From the NCBI GenBank assembly GCA_021797635.1, contig JAJZZI010000048.1, forward strand, positions 1 to 62,022: 62,022 bases of DNA, in the 5' to 3' direction. Position 1 is the first letter of the stretch; every line of letters starts with the position of its first letter. This stretch comes from Bacillota bacterium. Its GTDB lineage: Bacteria > Bacillota > Sulfobacillia > Sulfobacillales > Sulfobacillaceae. The notes below the pieces were generated by a model. It saw only the letters and a list, made by a program, of their open reading frames with translations, searched no databases and was not told the DNA's origin. Made by a program: the position numbers and the translations under genes. Below, piece after piece: positions 60,317-62,022 of this stretch.

Positions 60317-61711
60317 ATGAGTGAAGCGGACCGAATTAGCAAAGACTCGCTAGGAGAGGTGCGAGTGCCTTATGACGCGTATTGGGGGCCTCAAACTCAA
60401 CGGGCGATCGAAAACTTTCCTATAAGCGGCCTTCGTTTGCCGCGACGATTCATCCGTGCTCAGGGCATCATCAAATGGGCGGCTGCAAAAGCCAACGGTG
60501 AAGTGGGGGCTCTTGAGCGCCGGGTTGCGGACGCGATTATGCAGGCGGCTGATGAAGTGATCGACGGGAAATGGGACAGTCAATTCGTGGTAGACGTCTA
60601 TCAAGCGGGAGCGGGAACTTCCCAGAATATGAATGCCAATGAGGTGATTGCCAGTCGGGCCGCTGAACTATTGGGCGGGAGCCGGGGGGATGTGACTCTG
60701 GTTCACCCCAATGACCAGGTTAACATGGCGCAGTCCACCAACGATACCATTCATGTGGCGATTCACATTGCTGCGGCGGAAGCCTTGGTTCACGACCTGG
60801 GACCCGCCCTGTCCTCTGCCCAGAACGTGCTGGCGCAAAAGGCCGAGCAGTGGATGCCAATTGTCAAGTCCGGGCGCACCCATTTGCAGGATGCGGTGCC
60901 CATGCGACTGGGCCAGGAGGTGGGGGGCTGGGCAGGTGCGATTTCCTACTGGCGTAGTCAAATGGGGGCCGTTCTCGAACAACTTTACGGGATTGGCATT
61001 GGGGGCAATGCCGTGGGCACGGGTATTAACGCGCATCCGCAGTATCGAGCGCGGGTGACGGAAGCGGTAGCAGAAAAGACGGGACTTGGCTTTCAGCAAC
61101 CGGAGAACATGTTTACCTTTATTCAAAATATGGACGCCGTGCTCGCGACTTCCGGATGGCTGCGGGGTTTAGCGACCGCTTGGGGCAAGATCGCCAACGA
61201 TATCCGCCTCTTGAGTTCAGGGCCACGGACGGGCTTAGCCGAACTTATCTTGGTTCCGGTGCAGCCCGGATCTTCGATCATGCCGGGCAAGGTCAATCCG
61301 GTCATGGCCGAGATGATGAATATGATTTGCTTTCAAGTGTTCGGCAACGATCTGGCTGTGCAATCGGCGGTATCTGCCGGGCAATTAGAACTGAACGTGA
61401 TGATGCCGGTCGCTGCCTACAACGTATTGCACAGCATTCATATTCTTCATACTGGAGTGGCAACATTTGAGCGCAAGGCGTTGTTGCAATTGGACGTCGA
61501 TGTGGACCGAGTAGCCGGATATGTGGAGATGAACACCGCCTTGGCCACGGCCTTGAATCCCTATTTAGGATACGACCAGGCGGCGGTAGTGGCCAAAGCA
61601 GCATATGCCGAGGGTAAGACGGTTCGAGAAGTGGTGCTCGAACGAGGCTTGATGAGTGAGGCGGATCTTAAGGTCGCACTCGACTTGGAGCGGATGACAC
61701 CGGTAGAGTAG
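60317..61711 (+). CDS. fumC: class II fumarate hydratase
   Basis: GSSIMPGKVNP signature, DSLGEVRVP...YWGPQTQRA at the N-terminus. The ATG at 60317 lies 10 nt after GAGGAG. Confidence 0.95.
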   Translation: MSEADRISKDSLGEVRVPYDAYWGPQTQRAIENFPISGLRLPRRFIRAQGIIKWAAAKANGEVGALERRVADAIMQAADEVIDGKWDSQFVVDVYQAGAGTSQNMNANEVIASRAAELLGGSRGDVTLVHPNDQVNMAQSTNDTIHVAIHIAAAEALVHDLGPALSSAQNVLAQKAEQWMPIVKSGRTHLQDAVPMRLGQEVGGWAGAISYWRSQMGAVLEQLYGIGIGGNAVGTGINAHPQYRARVTEAVAEKTGLGFQQPENMFTFIQNMDAVLATSGWLRGLATAWGKIANDIRLLSSGPRTGLAELILVPVQPGSSIMPGKVNPVMAEMMNMICFQVFGNDLAVQSAVSAGQLELNVMMPVAAYNVLHSIHILHTGVATFERKALLQLDVDVDRVAGYVEMNTALATALNPYLGYDQAAVVAKAAYAEGKTVREVVLERGLMSEADLKVALDLERMTPVE

Positions 61712-61981
61712 GCTGTGAGATGGCAAGAAGCGTCGATTTCGATAGGAAAGAAGCGCTTTGTCGTGCTCCATGGGTATAATATGGGAGAAATCGGGCGATA
61801 CCAAGGTTGTCTGTCGCTAGTTGGGGCGATATGATTCTCCTTGCGCTTGTGAGAGAGCGAGCACGATTGCAAGGCTTGACGGAGCAGCGTAATGCCTTGC
61901 GACCCGGTCCTTGAAAACTACATCGTCAGAAGCGAAACAATACTGTGTATCACGCGAGTGGGCCAGCCCACCCGCGACTGA

Positions 61982-62022
61982 GCAATGGAGAGTTTGATCC
62001 TGGCTCAGGACGAACGCTGGCG
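61982..62022 (+). rRNA. rrs: 5' end of a 16S rRNA gene (truncated by the window edge)
   Basis: AGAGTTTGATCCTGGCTCAGGACGAACGCTGGCG begins at 61989. The typical leader CTTGAAAACTACATCG lies upstream. Confidence 0.85.

Noticed and set aside
61712-61981. rRNA operon promoter. A perfect TATAAT lies at 61775-61780.
   Set aside because: No acceptable -35 element lies at 16-18 nt, and a second candidate (TTGCAA, 17-nt spacer, TAATGC) is weak. The evidence was too little to annotate a specific promoter.

Overview
This is a 62-kb chromosomal window from a mid/high-GC bacterium that looks like an endospore-forming Firmicute. It encodes SpoIIID, a degenerate-LytM SpoIIQ-like protein and YwmB. Most of it is a housekeeping backbone whose order resembles Bacillus: rho, rpmE, prfA, prmC, sua5/ywlE, rpiB, upp, the complete F1Fo atp operon (atpZ-I-B-E-F-H-A-G-D-C), ywmB, spoIIQ-like and spoIIID, then later hpf, secA and prfB (with its +1 frameshift site). 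It also holds metK, a csp gene, clpP, minC, acs and fumC, and it ends in the first ~40 nt of a 16S rRNA gene. I saw no CRISPR array and no tRNA gene. No clearly novel multi-gene system stands out, and the two strongest oddities are candidates only. The first is a stand-alone, translationally coupled pair at 6.8-9.1 kb: a membrane-anchored T4SS coupling-protein-like ATPase plus a replication-relaxation-family protein, with no relaxase, VirB4 or integrase nearby. The second is a canonical ClpP at 35.1-36.3 kb whose stop overlaps (ATGA) the start of a compact sigma-70-like protein. Further points of interest:
- Rho carries a ~250-aa disordered N-terminal extension and is translationally coupled to a two-component system.
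- Sua5/TsaC is fused to an LMW phosphatase.
- An unknown gene plus an HD-GYP gene are inserted between hpf and secA.
- A small accessory islet at 42.5-44.8 kb holds VapBC flanked by decayed ISAs1-like, IS200-like and ISL3-like fragments.
- A peptide-type ABC transporter has no binding protein in the window.
- A ~330-nt stretch between convergent genes is unexplained and is followed by a tiny RHH ORF.
All family calls come from reading motifs by eye. No searches were run.
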